DNA of 64,000 nt from an uncultured Candidatus Saccharibacteria bacterium (lineage in GTDB: Bacteria > Patescibacteriota > Minisyncoccia > Phycocordibacterales > JAACPR01). Of this stretch, positions 19,139 to 28,371 are shown piece after piece. The notes beneath the pieces are model-generated. The model saw only the letters and a list, made by a program, of their open reading frames with translations, was not told the DNA's origin and did not search any database. Location: contig CAZDRR010000001.1 of assembly GCA_964507955.1 (NCBI GenBank), positions 66,650 through 130,649 of the forward strand, given 5' to 3'. Position 1 is the stretch's first letter. Each line of letters starts with the position of its first letter. The translations under genes were made by a program, and so were the position numbers.

Positions 19139-19535
19139 ACTCGCCACACCGACATTGCAAGTGTCAGTCGCCCCCAAGGAACATGTGCGCCCATATATTG
19201 CCGTGAGAACCCTAAGCCTGATCTCTCGCATCATAATCAGCAATCAGGCGTGTTACTGATCTCTTGTGCTTTACGGCGAAATTGGCGGTCCATAGGGGGA
19301 ACGATCCCCTTCCTCAAGATTGACAATCTAGTGATGCTTCCTTTACACTAATGGACCTTAAAATTTATTAAAATTGGTAATTGGTTATGCCCTTTGACCG
19401 AGGGGGTGTGTTCTTATCTTACAGAACGACGTTGGATATGCTACCTATTCGTTCGGGCGGCTCCTTAAATTTACTTTGTCGATCCGATGCATATTAGATC
19501 GACTTTTCAACGATAAGACCAACTCTAACCAAAAC

Positions 19536-19610
19536 TGGTAGGCAGTGGGGGAATTGAACCCGCCGTCTCTTGATTCGTATTCAAGTATTCTTCCGTTATA
19601 CTAACCGCCC
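19536..19610 (-). tRNA. tRNA-Arg (anticodon ACG)
   Basis: D-stem GTAT/ATAC; anticodon stem CTTGA/TCAAG with loop ATACGAA; CCA encoded. Confidence 0.5.
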
Positions 19611-19623
19611 ATTGAAAATTGTT

Positions 19624-19698
19624 TGGAGGCACGATGGAGAGTCGAACTCCAGTATCACCCATACCAAGGGTGTATAATAACCGTTATATGATCGAGCC
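19624..19698 (-). tRNA. tRNA-Thr (anticodon GGT)
   Basis: Anticodon stem CACCC/GGGTG with loop TTGGTAT; T-arm TGGAG-TTCGACT-CTCCA. Confidence 0.45.
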
Positions 19699-19701
19699 AT
19701 T

Positions 19702-19773
19702 TGGTCGGATACTTGAGAATCGAACTCAACTGATCTTGCTCCCAAAGCAAGCGCATCGCCAGTCTGCCTGTAT
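19702..19773 (-). tRNA. tRNA-Pro (anticodon TGG)
   Basis: Acceptor CGGATAC/GTATCCG; anticodon stem CTTGC/GCAAG with loop TTTGGGA. Confidence 0.45.
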
Positions 19774-19779
19774 CCGTTA

Positions 19780-19858
19780 AATTGGTGCGAGTAGTGAGAT
19801 TCGAACTCACGATCATTCTTCGTTGGCAACGAAGTGCAATGGACCACTATGCGACACT
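19780..19858 (-). tRNA. tRNA-Gly (anticodon GCC)
   Basis: Acceptor GCGAGTG/TACTCGC; anticodon stem CTTCG/CGAAG with loop TTGCCAA; T-arm GTGAG-TTCGAAT-CTCAC; CCA encoded. Confidence 0.55.
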
Positions 19859-20243
19859 CGCAAAAAACTCTCCGAATTACGCATTGTAAAGAGGCGCGGA
19901 GAGTATGAAAATTGTTTCTATGCCTTGAGATTACAGGCTAGGGCGATCAACCATTCACAAGATTATTAGAAGACATTCCAAGCCCCCACTTCCTTGCTTA
20001 TCCACTACCTCTCGATAGTTGTCAATCAATGACGCTGTTTTATATACCGTTAGCTATTACGGTTTACCGCTTGCCATACTCAACCTTCGTTAATTCTTCG
20101 GGGTATGCCTACCGCGAATAAATTCCCTTAGATTAAACGCCTTGTGCCTTGCGGGCCAAGGTTCGCACAGAATTATCTTTCGATTTCTGTATTAGTCACC
20201 TTTCTGGCTTTCGGGGTCGCAACTTTTGCTTTTTATATATTAT

Positions 20244-20343
20244 GACATTCCCTTGAATGGAACCGCTTTATCCAGTTAAGCTACCCGCTCCGACAAAGCA
20301 TAAGCTGTCTGCTCTGTTGGCGAGCGGGACAGGAATCGAACCT
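20244..20343 (-). ncRNA. rearranged tRNA-like locus: 3' half (T-arm, acceptor, CCA) lies upstream of a matching 5' half (acceptor, D-arm, anticodon arm with loop ATTCAAG, anticodon TCA)
   Basis: On the - strand the order is GCAGG-TTCGATT-CCTGT, then CCCGCTC-G-CCA, then a 24-nt spacer, then GAGCGGG-TA-GCTT-AACTGGATA-AAGC-G-GTTCC-ATTCAAG-GGAAT. The two acceptor strands are perfectly complementary, but the halves are in permuted order. Confidence 0.35.
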
Positions 20344-22993
20344 GCATCTGATATATGGAAACCTACATTCATGTGTGCGACCTCGCTGCTTCCAAAATCT
20401 CTCGAAATTAGAAATACAACACACGAATTAACCTCTCTCTCGCGAGTTCAGTATCATCCCCAAGACTTCCCTTGATATAATCACAGGTTGCCTCGAAAAT
20501 ATGCCGTTCGCCTTTGCATCTCTGCTCTGACTTATGGCTACCCTTTGGGATTCATGCTTTCGAACCAAATTAAGTTTCCCTTTCAGGACCGATTACACCG
20601 TTGGCCTCACCGTTTTACTCTCAATGACCCGTAGGCTTCAACAACATAAGTTTTGATTTGCTCATATTGCCGATTCCCTTGGCTTGCTTGGTGGACTGCT
20701 TTTATACAGTGGGCGGCGTAGGACACCTTATCCCTTTCCCCGAATCACTTCGGGATTATCCAGTAATGCCCCCAAGCGGGCAGAATTTTTAAAATGTTAA
20801 AGAACTTTTTGTATCGCACCTTCGAAGCTTTGCATCGTCGGCTGATGTTTAGGACTATATCTGGTTTTCAGATTTTGTCAACAGGTTTTTTGAAAATTTT
20901 ACGGTTGTCTTGGCTAAGACAACCAAATAAGGTTGTTTAAAGATGGAGAAGATTGGATTCAAACCAATTCGGCATTTACTTTCCAGCCTGCCGTATTGCT
21001 GGAGTCAGTTACAGACGTATGCACGATTATAGCCCACGGGAGCAATCAACAGATCTAACCCATAAAACTAGACCAGTCTTCCGAGCCGCGCTGGTTTCGG
21101 GTATGTCTCACCACACTGCTTCTCCTAAAATTTGGTCCTCCCGACTCGCATCGAACGAGTAATTTGCAATTATCAGTCGCAGGTTATGGCCGTTTTAACT
21201 ACAGGAGGTAAGCGCCAAACTGGTTCGCATATTAAGAGGCGTTTTGGCGACTGTCAAGAAAAAGTTGGTTGGACCAGAGAATTGCGACATCTCAGCCTTC
21301 CGCTTATCGGGCGGATGCTCTTCCTTTGAGCTATGGTCCAATGAAAATTGTGCTACCAGAGTGGGAATCGAACCCACACAACTCCCGAGTTTTATCCTGA
21401 GTCGAACAGGATTCCCTTGGTATTGGCCAAGGGGTAGCACCAGCTACTTCTCGCAGCATTAAAATGGAGGCCCATTGGTGACATGCACACCACTATCTAG
21501 GTTACAAATCTAGCGCATCGCTATCTATGCTTATAGGCCATGAAATTTGGCTGTGAGACAGGGACTTTCACCACTCCGATCATTCTTGCAAGAGAAACTG
21601 TTGATCGCGCTATAATTCGCTTCCCACAATTGAAAATGGAGGAAGGCTGAGAACTTGAATCCCATGAGAGTATTAGTCCCACAATCTCGTTAGCACCGAG
21701 TTCTAGTCGCCTGACCAGTTAACCTTCCATAAAATGGTCGCTTGTCTCCGAATCGAACGGAATTATTTCGGGCTTCAACCGAACGCACTGTCACCAGACC
21801 TGCCCACAAGCGTAAAAATTGGCTCCTCACCTTCGAATCGAACGAAGCTCGTTGGCTATTACTAGCTTACAGCTTAACAGGCTGCCCGCACTCCTTGTGC
21901 GTTGTGAGGATTTATATATGAAAATTTTTGGTGCTGTCTCTCTCGCCGTCTCTCTCGCGGGTCAAAGGCTTACGACCTTTCCCACGTATCGTTTTAAGTT
22001 AACGCTAGTTATTTAAAAATGATAAGTCGTCCTCCCCCTTATCTTGCATTAAGTTTTTCCCCACAATTTTACGTTTTCTTATGTTTTACCGTTATGGTTC
22101 TTACGGGCAATGCTTCATTCAACTCTAATATGCTTCCATATTTTCAACCCGTAGAGGATTTAAGTTCTATGTTTCAAATTGGTGCAAGACACGGGAGTTG
22201 AACCCGCACGATATTCGGGTAAGAGCCGAATGCCCGTAGCCGAATGCCCGTCCACTGTGGCTTATCTTGCATAAAAATGGTCAGGGTGGAGGGTAATGCT
22301 CCCACTTCTACTGGTTAAAAGCCAGTGGCTTCACTATTAAAGCTTCACCCCGTTACAAAACAACAAGTGGATTGTAAAAGCCCACATTACTCCCTCCTAC
22401 GGAAGCGTCCTAACACTTAAACGATTGTTGTTAAAAGATTAATTAGCAGTAGAAAGCATTACTACGCCATTTCAGTTTATTGGATTTTATTTGTCAGGGA
22501 ATTTGTGACCTGATTTTATAATCAATATTCTTGATGGATGGATCACAATCTCCATTCTCCAACGTATCTTTCCTGTAGCAATTCGCGGACTGCTAAAATG
22601 GTGCGTGCCGTGGGATTCGCACCCACTCAGACTTATTTGTATGCCGCAAGGTTACAGCTTGCTTTGCTCTCTCAGGCTAGGACACGCATAAAACAAACAG
22701 GGGTGTCCTGCCACTAGACGACGATCAACATCATTGAATCGACAGGAATCGAACCTGTGTCTCCCCTTAGACTTATAAATTGGTCGCTCCCCTTAGATCG
22801 GACTCATGAAATCCAACGCCTGCGCAGCGAGGAGCGTTTGAAAAGATTAGTCAAACTGTGGAACGACCACAAACCTTCGTTAGAGGCGAGAACTAACGGA
22901 TTCGAACCGACAGCAGCCTGCCTTTTTCTCTGTTTGACTAAAAGTGGAGGCGGCACGGTGATGTAACCGTGAATCATCCGCCATTGAAAAATT

Positions 22994-23075
22994 GGTAGGA
23001 CGAGAGGGATTCGAACCCTCACTAATTCCTCGTTATGAGCGAGGTCCAGCACCATTACTGGTTGTCGGCCAATTG
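22994..23075 (-). tRNA. tRNA-like (Met/Ile2-type anticodon arm CCTCG-CTCATAA-CGAGG); acceptor pairing imperfect
   Basis: A T-arm (GAGGG-TTCGAAT-CCCTC), a D-arm (CCAG/CTGG) and a CAT anticodon arm are all present. The acceptor strands do not pair cleanly. Confidence 0.3.
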
Positions 23076-23222
23076 AAAATTTTCTGTTGAGAGTGTGAGT
23101 TCCACTCTGTTATGGCTATTTAGTCACCGTCACGATTCATCATCGTCGCTTGCATCGTTCTCAGCTACAACAGAAAATAAAAATTGGTTGCAGAAGTTAG
23201 ATTCGAACTAACGATTTTCACC

Positions 23223-23660
23223 TTATGAGGATGACGAGATGGCCGCTTCTCTATTCTGCTTTTTTAAATATTTAATTGCGGACTCAAGGCTAAAAATATT
23301 ATCAAAAAAATGCCCTAATCCTAAATTGCAATGGTTACAAATCCATCCTCTAAATTTATTAGAAGAATGACAGTGGTCTAATTGGAGATTAGAATGTTTT
23401 CCGCAGATTTCGCAATTTAAGGGTTTTTCAGTTATTTGGTTTTTATTTTGTAAAAAAGAATAACCGTGTAAAAAAGTCTTCTCAGGATTTTTCTTTTTCC
23501 ATTTTTCAGAATATTGAATTTGTTTTTTGCTATTTTTGGGATACCAAACTTCTTTGACATATTTATTATGGCATTCCTTGCAATAAGATCGGGGTTTTCC
23601 TCTATTAAGCGAAAAATTATCTATAGATTTTAATTGGCCACATTTTGAACATTCTTTCAT
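23223..23660 (-). CDS. HNH endonuclease of the endonuclease-VII-like type with N-terminal zinc ribbon
   Basis: N-terminal zinc-ribbon pattern CSKCGQLKSIDNF...CKEC. EndoVII-like motif LDHCHSSNKFRGWICNHCNLGLG. Confidence 0.6.
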   Translation of the reverse strand: MKECSKCGQLKSIDNFSLNRGKPRSYCKECHNKYVKEVWYPKNSKKQIQYSEKWKKKNPEKTFLHGYSFLQNKNQITEKPLNCEICGKHSNLQLDHCHSSNKFRGWICNHCNLGLGHFFDNIFSLESAIKYLKKQNREAAISSSS

Positions 23661-23878
23661 AAGAAGAATTACACAATACTCTCATAAATACTCTCATAAT
23701 TTTAGAATAATCTAAAACAAACGACCAACGTGCTACCCTTACACTATATTCCCGATTAAGAGAGTCCAGATTCGAACTGGTCTTTTGGTTAAGTCATGCG
23801 CCAATATGCTTCCATTACACCTAATGCCCGTAGTGGACAATGCCGAATCGAACGGCCCCTTTGACTGAATTTGTAAAA

Positions 23879-23955
23879 TTGGCACTCCCAGCGGGAATCA
23901 AACCCTGCGTTTCATGATTGAAAGTCATGTGTCCTGCTCGACTAGACGATGGGAG
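23879..23955 (-). tRNA. tRNA-Glu (anticodon TTC)
   Basis: Acceptor GCTCCCA/TGGGAGT; anticodon stem CATGA/TCATG with loop CTTTCAA; T-arm CAGGG-TTTGATT-CCCGC (4 of 5 positions pair). Confidence 0.5.
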
Positions 23956-24332
23956 CATTGAAATTTAGGCATCTCGCCAGCGGTCATTACGAGTGATTAG
24001 CTCGTCTGGAGCCGCCAGTGACACCACGGTTTTTGTTTTTAGCGAAATCACTCGCGAATACAAGAACCTTGAAAATTTATCGGATGAACCCTAAAACCGA
24101 ACATTACTGCTCAAGGCTTATTGGTCCTACTAGGGTCCGAAAACTCCTAGAAGTTTCTACAAACGCTCTTGTTTCCCCCAACTTGTTCTCTCAAGATTGG
24201 CTTCACAGTCATCACTGTCCCCTTTCGGTCTTAGCGGGTTCTGGCCCTCGCTGCCGTCGATGTTTCAAACTCTACAGATTTTTCCGAATTCGTCAACAGA
24301 TTTTTTCGGAAATTTCTCTTTTCTACAGAAAA

Positions 24333-24355
24333 CCCTCACTTTTTTAGGGTGAGGG
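24333..24355 (-). terminator. hairpin terminator downstream of the HD-domain gene
   Basis: CCCTCAC-N9-GTGAGGG, followed on the - strand by TTTTCTG. Confidence 0.4.
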
Positions 24356-24512
24356 CGTAAAAAACCAAGGATTTCTCGCCCTACAATTATCCTTGCGCCC
24401 ACTCGCAATTGAGGGGACTCACAGATTTGGTTGTTGGGATAAAATATCGCATTGCTTTATTGCTTACTCTTAATCATAAAATAGGGAAATTATTTTTCAA
24501 CTTTTTTCTTGA

Positions 24513-25088
24513 TTATTTGCTAATTCCCCCATGCGCACTCAAAACATCGGCTTGATGGATAATCAAAGCTTCTAAAGAATTTGGTGCAATTGGAGAACCC
24601 CATTCTCTAACAGGACCATGGTGGGAAAGAATAATATGTTTGATTCTGTTTATGAAATTTTCGCTAACATTATGTTTTTTTGCTATTGCGACAAACTCTA
24701 TCGCTCCATCAATAATATGAGTATGCTCGGCATCTTGACCTATTCCTTTAACAAAAAATTTGTCCTGATAAGGTAGAAATCTTTGTTTGGGAATTGGAAA
24801 ATTCGCTATAGAATACTCTTTTATTTTTAAGAAGTCGTGAAAAAGACACCCGACTCCAAGAATATCTTTATTAACGGGATGGATGTGTTTAATATTGGCA
24901 ATTTCTTCGGCTATATTCCAAACTTCCAATGTATGAGCGGCTAATCCCCCGACATAAGCATGGTGAAAACTTAATGATGCAGGAAAAATAAAAAAGTCAG
25001 GATTCGACAAGACTTCCGCACATGTCTCTTGTAGAGTAGGAGACGTAATCAGATCAACTTTTCTTATGAATTCGTCTTTGATGTTCAT
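24513..25088 (-). CDS. HD-domain phosphohydrolase
   Basis: H...HD...H...D pattern (FHHAYVGGLAAHTLEV, LFHDFLK, HIILSHHG). Confidence 0.55.
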   Translation of the reverse strand: MNIKDEFIRKVDLITSPTLQETCAEVLSNPDFFIFPASLSFHHAYVGGLAAHTLEVWNIAEEIANIKHIHPVNKDILGVGCLFHDFLKIKEYSIANFPIPKQRFLPYQDKFFVKGIGQDAEHTHIIDGAIEFVAIAKKHNVSENFINRIKHIILSHHGPVREWGSPIAPNSLEALIIHQADVLSAHGGISK

Positions 25089-25789
25089 TTTTCTTCAATT
25101 GTCCATTTATATTTTTCGTAAGCTTCCATAGTCATAGGAAATAACTCTTTTAAAATGCTTTTAATAGCCTTTCCATATTCTTGAATCTCAGCTTGAGCAT
25201 GAGAATCGTCCCGAAGAGAAATGAAATGTAAAAGATTCTTTAAATCCCAACAAGTATAAATTTCAGTATAAATATTGACAGGAAGGAACATTCGTGCCAT
25301 TTCGCGGGCCACTCCATCTTTAATAAGAGATTGATAAATATTGTAAGATTCTTCACAATGCTGCTTTAAACAATCAGAGTAAGCGAAATTAGTGTCTGCA
25401 TCAAATTCTCCAGAACTACCTTGTTTATTTTTCGTGTCTTGTTTTCTCCAAGTTGTGGGAATATAAAATTCATTTGGCAATTCTGTATAACGCGCTGAAA
25501 CCTCATTAAGATTTTGCATTCGGTGACGCACATATTGACGCATCACAAAAATTGGCATTTTAATATTCATCGTTACTTTAACCATTTCAAATGGAGAAGT
25601 ATGTTTGTTTTTGTAAAGATATTCCAAAAGTTTTTTGTCTTGTTCTGGTCCCTTGCTAGGAGATTTATAACTGATTCTCGCGGCTTCAACGATGCGGGAA
25701 TCATCCCCCATCCAATCAACGAGTCTGACAAATCCATGGTCCAATACAGGAATGGTTTTTCCTATTAATTCTTGTTTTGTAGTATTCAT
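25085..25789 (-). CDS. thyX: flavin-dependent thymidylate synthase ThyX
   Basis: ThyX signature RHR-x7-S (RHRMQNLNEVSARY); 234 aa. Confidence 0.7.
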   Translation of the reverse strand: MNTTKQELIGKTIPVLDHGFVRLVDWMGDDSRIVEAARISYKSPSKGPEQDKKLLEYLYKNKHTSPFEMVKVTMNIKMPIFVMRQYVRHRMQNLNEVSARYTELPNEFYIPTTWRKQDTKNKQGSSGEFDADTNFAYSDCLKQHCEESYNIYQSLIKDGVAREMARMFLPVNIYTEIYTCWDLKNLLHFISLRDDSHAQAEIQEYGKAIKSILKELFPMTMEAYEKYKWTIEEK

Positions 25790-25790
25790 A

Positions 25791-25988
25791 TTATTTTTTG
25801 ATAGAAGCGGCCCAAATTAATCCCATATTGGCGGCAGAGTAACTTAACCATACCAGACCCCAAGGGATATTACATTTCGCCAAATAGCCAATACCGACAG
25901 ACGCATAAAGCACTGCCGATATGGCTACAGCGATATTCTCAAATGTAAGGGTCATTACTGAGATTATAGATTCAAAAAACCCTTCCAT
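25791..25988 (-). CDS. small membrane protein
   Basis: A 65 aa hydrophobic ORF. Confidence 0.3.
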   Translation of the reverse strand: MEGFFESIISVMTLTFENIAVAISAVLYASVGIGYLAKCNIPWGLVWLSYSAANMGLIWAASIKK

Positions 25989-26533
25989 TCTTCGCGAATT
26001 TTTGGGGCATTGATCATTAATGCTGGGATTTCTGGCGCAGTAGGAATGTTGCCATTTACATCATACCATGGCGTATGATTTGACTTTTTGGTATTACAAG
26101 ACCTACAAGCTAAAACCCTGTTATGATGACTGTCACATCCGCCTTTGCTTTTTGGCTTTACGTGATCAATAGTTAGATCAGAAAGAGGATGTTTGGTCAA
26201 ACAATATTGACAAGTATAATCATAAATTTTAGCCAAATCAAAAAGAGAAAGTTTCTTCTTCTTTGGTCTGCGAAAGAATTTTGAAGTGACTACAATGATT
26301 GTAGGCACGGGCCATTCTTGTTTCGTGCTGTTTAAAGCGGGTTGATCATCGTAAAATTCCGCCAAAGAATTCCACGAATCCAAAGAATGGAAGATGTTTC
26401 CATTTTTATCTAAAGCAGTGACATTTTTCTTCAATAGATGAACAAACGCTGCCTTTGCAGTAATAGTGGTAATAGGTTGCCACGCATTGTTCAAAAGCAG
26501 AGTTGTTTTAGTGTTAGCCGAGACGCTTTTCAT
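25964..26533 (-). CDS. HNH endonuclease
   Basis: TIDHVKPKSKGGCDSHHNRVLACRSCNTKKSNH. Confidence 0.6.
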   Translation of the reverse strand: MKSVSANTKTTLLLNNAWQPITTITAKAAFVHLLKKNVTALDKNGNIFHSLDSWNSLAEFYDDQPALNSTKQEWPVPTIIVVTSKFFRRPKKKKLSLFDLAKIYDYTCQYCLTKHPLSDLTIDHVKPKSKGGCDSHHNRVLACRSCNTKKSNHTPWYDVNGNIPTAPEIPALMINAPKIREEWKGFLNL

Positions 26534-26689
26534 TTGTTAATTCAGGGAATTCCTCAAGATACCAATCAAGCAAAACATTAATGGCGCGAAGCCAATGTTT
26601 TTTTTGTTTTAAAGGAGCGTTGAACAAATTGGCATAGCACCATTGTAGTTCCGTTTCAATAAAACTTTTTGTTACTTGTTGAGAAAGAG

Positions 26690-27130
26690 TCATGGTTCTG
26701 TAAGAGATTTGGTTTTATGAATAAGAATAGATTGTTCCCAATTATCCACGATTGTTTCATTAATCGACTTTTTAAATGATTCTGCCGCTTCTTTCCTTTT
26801 TTCTTCGGGAATTTTTTCCAGAATGGCGCTCAATAGACAAACCGCGAATTCAGAGGCAATTTCGCCAATAATACCCGCTTCCATATTGAAAAAATCATCA
26901 TTTTTTGTAGGCAAGAGAGAAGCTGCTGGACATAGCTTGATTTGACCATCAATTTCCAGTTCTTGAATGGCGATTGCTGCGACGGGAGTAATTTTATTAA
27001 CTTTCATTTGTTTATTATTTGTTGTTGTATTCGTTCCGAATCTTGGACAGTAGTTTACCAAGATTATTCTGCCCTTGTCCAGAAAAAACGTCAATTCCCC
27101 AAAATTTATCCCCCCAAGAAGTCCATTCAA
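26690..27130 (-). CDS. hypothetical protein (start probably internal)
   Basis: A 146 aa ORF that overlaps the neighbouring ORF by about 115 nt. Confidence 0.25.
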   Translation of the reverse strand: MNGLLGGINFGELTFFLDKGRIILVNYCPRFGTNTTTNNKQMKVNKITPVAAIAIQELEIDGQIKLCPAASLLPTKNDDFFNMEAGIIGEIASEFAVCLLSAILEKIPEEKRKEAAESFKKSINETIVDNWEQSILIHKTKSLTEP

Positions 27131-27773
27131 TCAATTCTTTTTGATAATTAATTAATTTTTTGTTCCAAGAGGTTCCTTCCGCGAATTTTTTCCTTAAAGC
27201 ATATTCCATTACTTCAAGCTTTCTTTCCTGAAAAGAATTATCAATTTGGAATTTGCGTATTTCTGTTTTAGCTTTGTATGGATTTAAAGAAGCAATATAT
27301 TTACGATTTTCTAAATCAGCTTTAGGTAACTTCATGCTTTGGTAAAAGTTCTCAACATAATCAAAACGAATACCCTGATAAAAAAACGGTTGGTCCATTT
27401 TCTTCATATTAGAAAACCAATTAATACAATAAGGTTGCTCTAAAACAAAATCGCGAATAATTTCCGCATGGCAACTCTTCGGGCTACAGTAACATACAAG
27501 GGCAAAATCCTGTTTTTTGAGATTACGAATAATTAATTCATTAATAGCGTCACAAATGACTGGATTGCCAGTATTTATTTCTGCTTTAAGGTAATTTTTA
27601 AAACTGATTATGGAATCCTCTTTTGTAGGACTATAGAATTCCGCCTTGCTTTTTGGAAGATGCGAAAAAGGATTCCCTAAAGGGAACCCCCTGTGAACAG
27701 GATAATCGCACGGGAAGATTTCGTCAGTTTTTCTGTTCTTTATCGTTATCATAGAAAACCCATCGTGCGCCAA
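27015..27773 (-). CDS. hypothetical protein
   Basis: A 252 aa ORF. Confidence 0.35.
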   Translation of the reverse strand: MAHDGFSMITIKNRKTDEIFPCDYPVHRGFPLGNPFSHLPKSKAEFYSPTKEDSIISFKNYLKAEINTGNPVICDAINELIIRNLKKQDFALVCYCSPKSCHAEIIRDFVLEQPYCINWFSNMKKMDQPFFYQGIRFDYVENFYQSMKLPKADLENRKYIASLNPYKAKTEIRKFQIDNSFQERKLEVMEYALRKKFAEGTSWNKKLINYQKELIEWTSWGDKFWGIDVFSGQGQNNLGKLLSKIRNEYNNK

Positions 27774-27993
27774 AAAAGAATTTTGTCCAAAATTGGAACC
27801 ATTTTGAAGGAATTTTTGTCAGCATGATTTTTACACTTGGCATATTTTCGCTATAAACTTCTCCAATATATTTTGGAGGCCGAATTATCGTTATTCCTGT
27901 TGGAGCAGTTAAATAGACTGCATCTTCGTCTTTTTTTGGGGCGAGCGGATCACAAAATCTAGGATCATTATGAGAATAAAACGAATCTTCCAT
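27724..27993 (-). CDS. hypothetical protein
   Basis: An 89 aa ORF. Confidence 0.25.
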   Translation of the reverse strand: MEDSFYSHNDPRFCDPLAPKKDEDAVYLTAPTGITIIRPPKYIGEVYSENMPSVKIMLTKIPSKWFQFWTKFFFGARWVFYDNDKEQKN

Positions 27994-28371
27994 TTATTTT
28001 TTTTCTACGTTAATCTCCATATACATCGGATATTTTTTAATATACTCTTGAGCCTCAGCTTTGCTTGAACAATAAATATCCACGACAATAGCCTTGCCTT
28101 TAGACGCTTTCTTTTTTACAATATCAGGACCCGTATCCATGGCGATGAACGTTTTATTCATTTTAGGGATGAAAATTTTTGATCCATAAGGGATAATTTT
28201 CGGGTCAACAGCGATTGTTTTACCTGCGACGGGTTTGGAACCTGTTGAAGTAATTTTGCCTTTCCAGTAGTAAGTTACTCTGGCTTTATGCATTTCTCCA
28301 AAAAGAGAAGTTGCAATAAAAGGAAGTATGAATAAAAATTTCATCTTAATTCTGGACGGAATAATCTCCAA
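27994..28371 (-). CDS. secreted 3D-domain protein (MltA/YuiC-like cell-wall-binding fold)
   Basis: Signal peptide MKFLFILPFIATSLFG. Motifs VTYYW, GSKIFIP, DTGPDI and AIVVDIY carry the three conserved Asp residues. Confidence 0.5.
   Translation of the reverse strand: MEIIPSRIKMKFLFILPFIATSLFGEMHKARVTYYWKGKITSTGSKPVAGKTIAVDPKIIPYGSKIFIPKMNKTFIAMDTGPDIVKKKASKGKAIVVDIYCSSKAEAQEYIKKYPMYMEINVEKK

Noticed and set aside
19150-23200. The GC-richer tract as rRNA, or as coding sequence of the short six-frame ORFs (e.g. 20257..20475, 21132..21329, 22804..23055)
   Set aside because: There are no rRNA-like conserved blocks. The ORFs are short and overlap tRNA or T-arm motifs. The GC enrichment is explained by tRNA and structured-RNA content.
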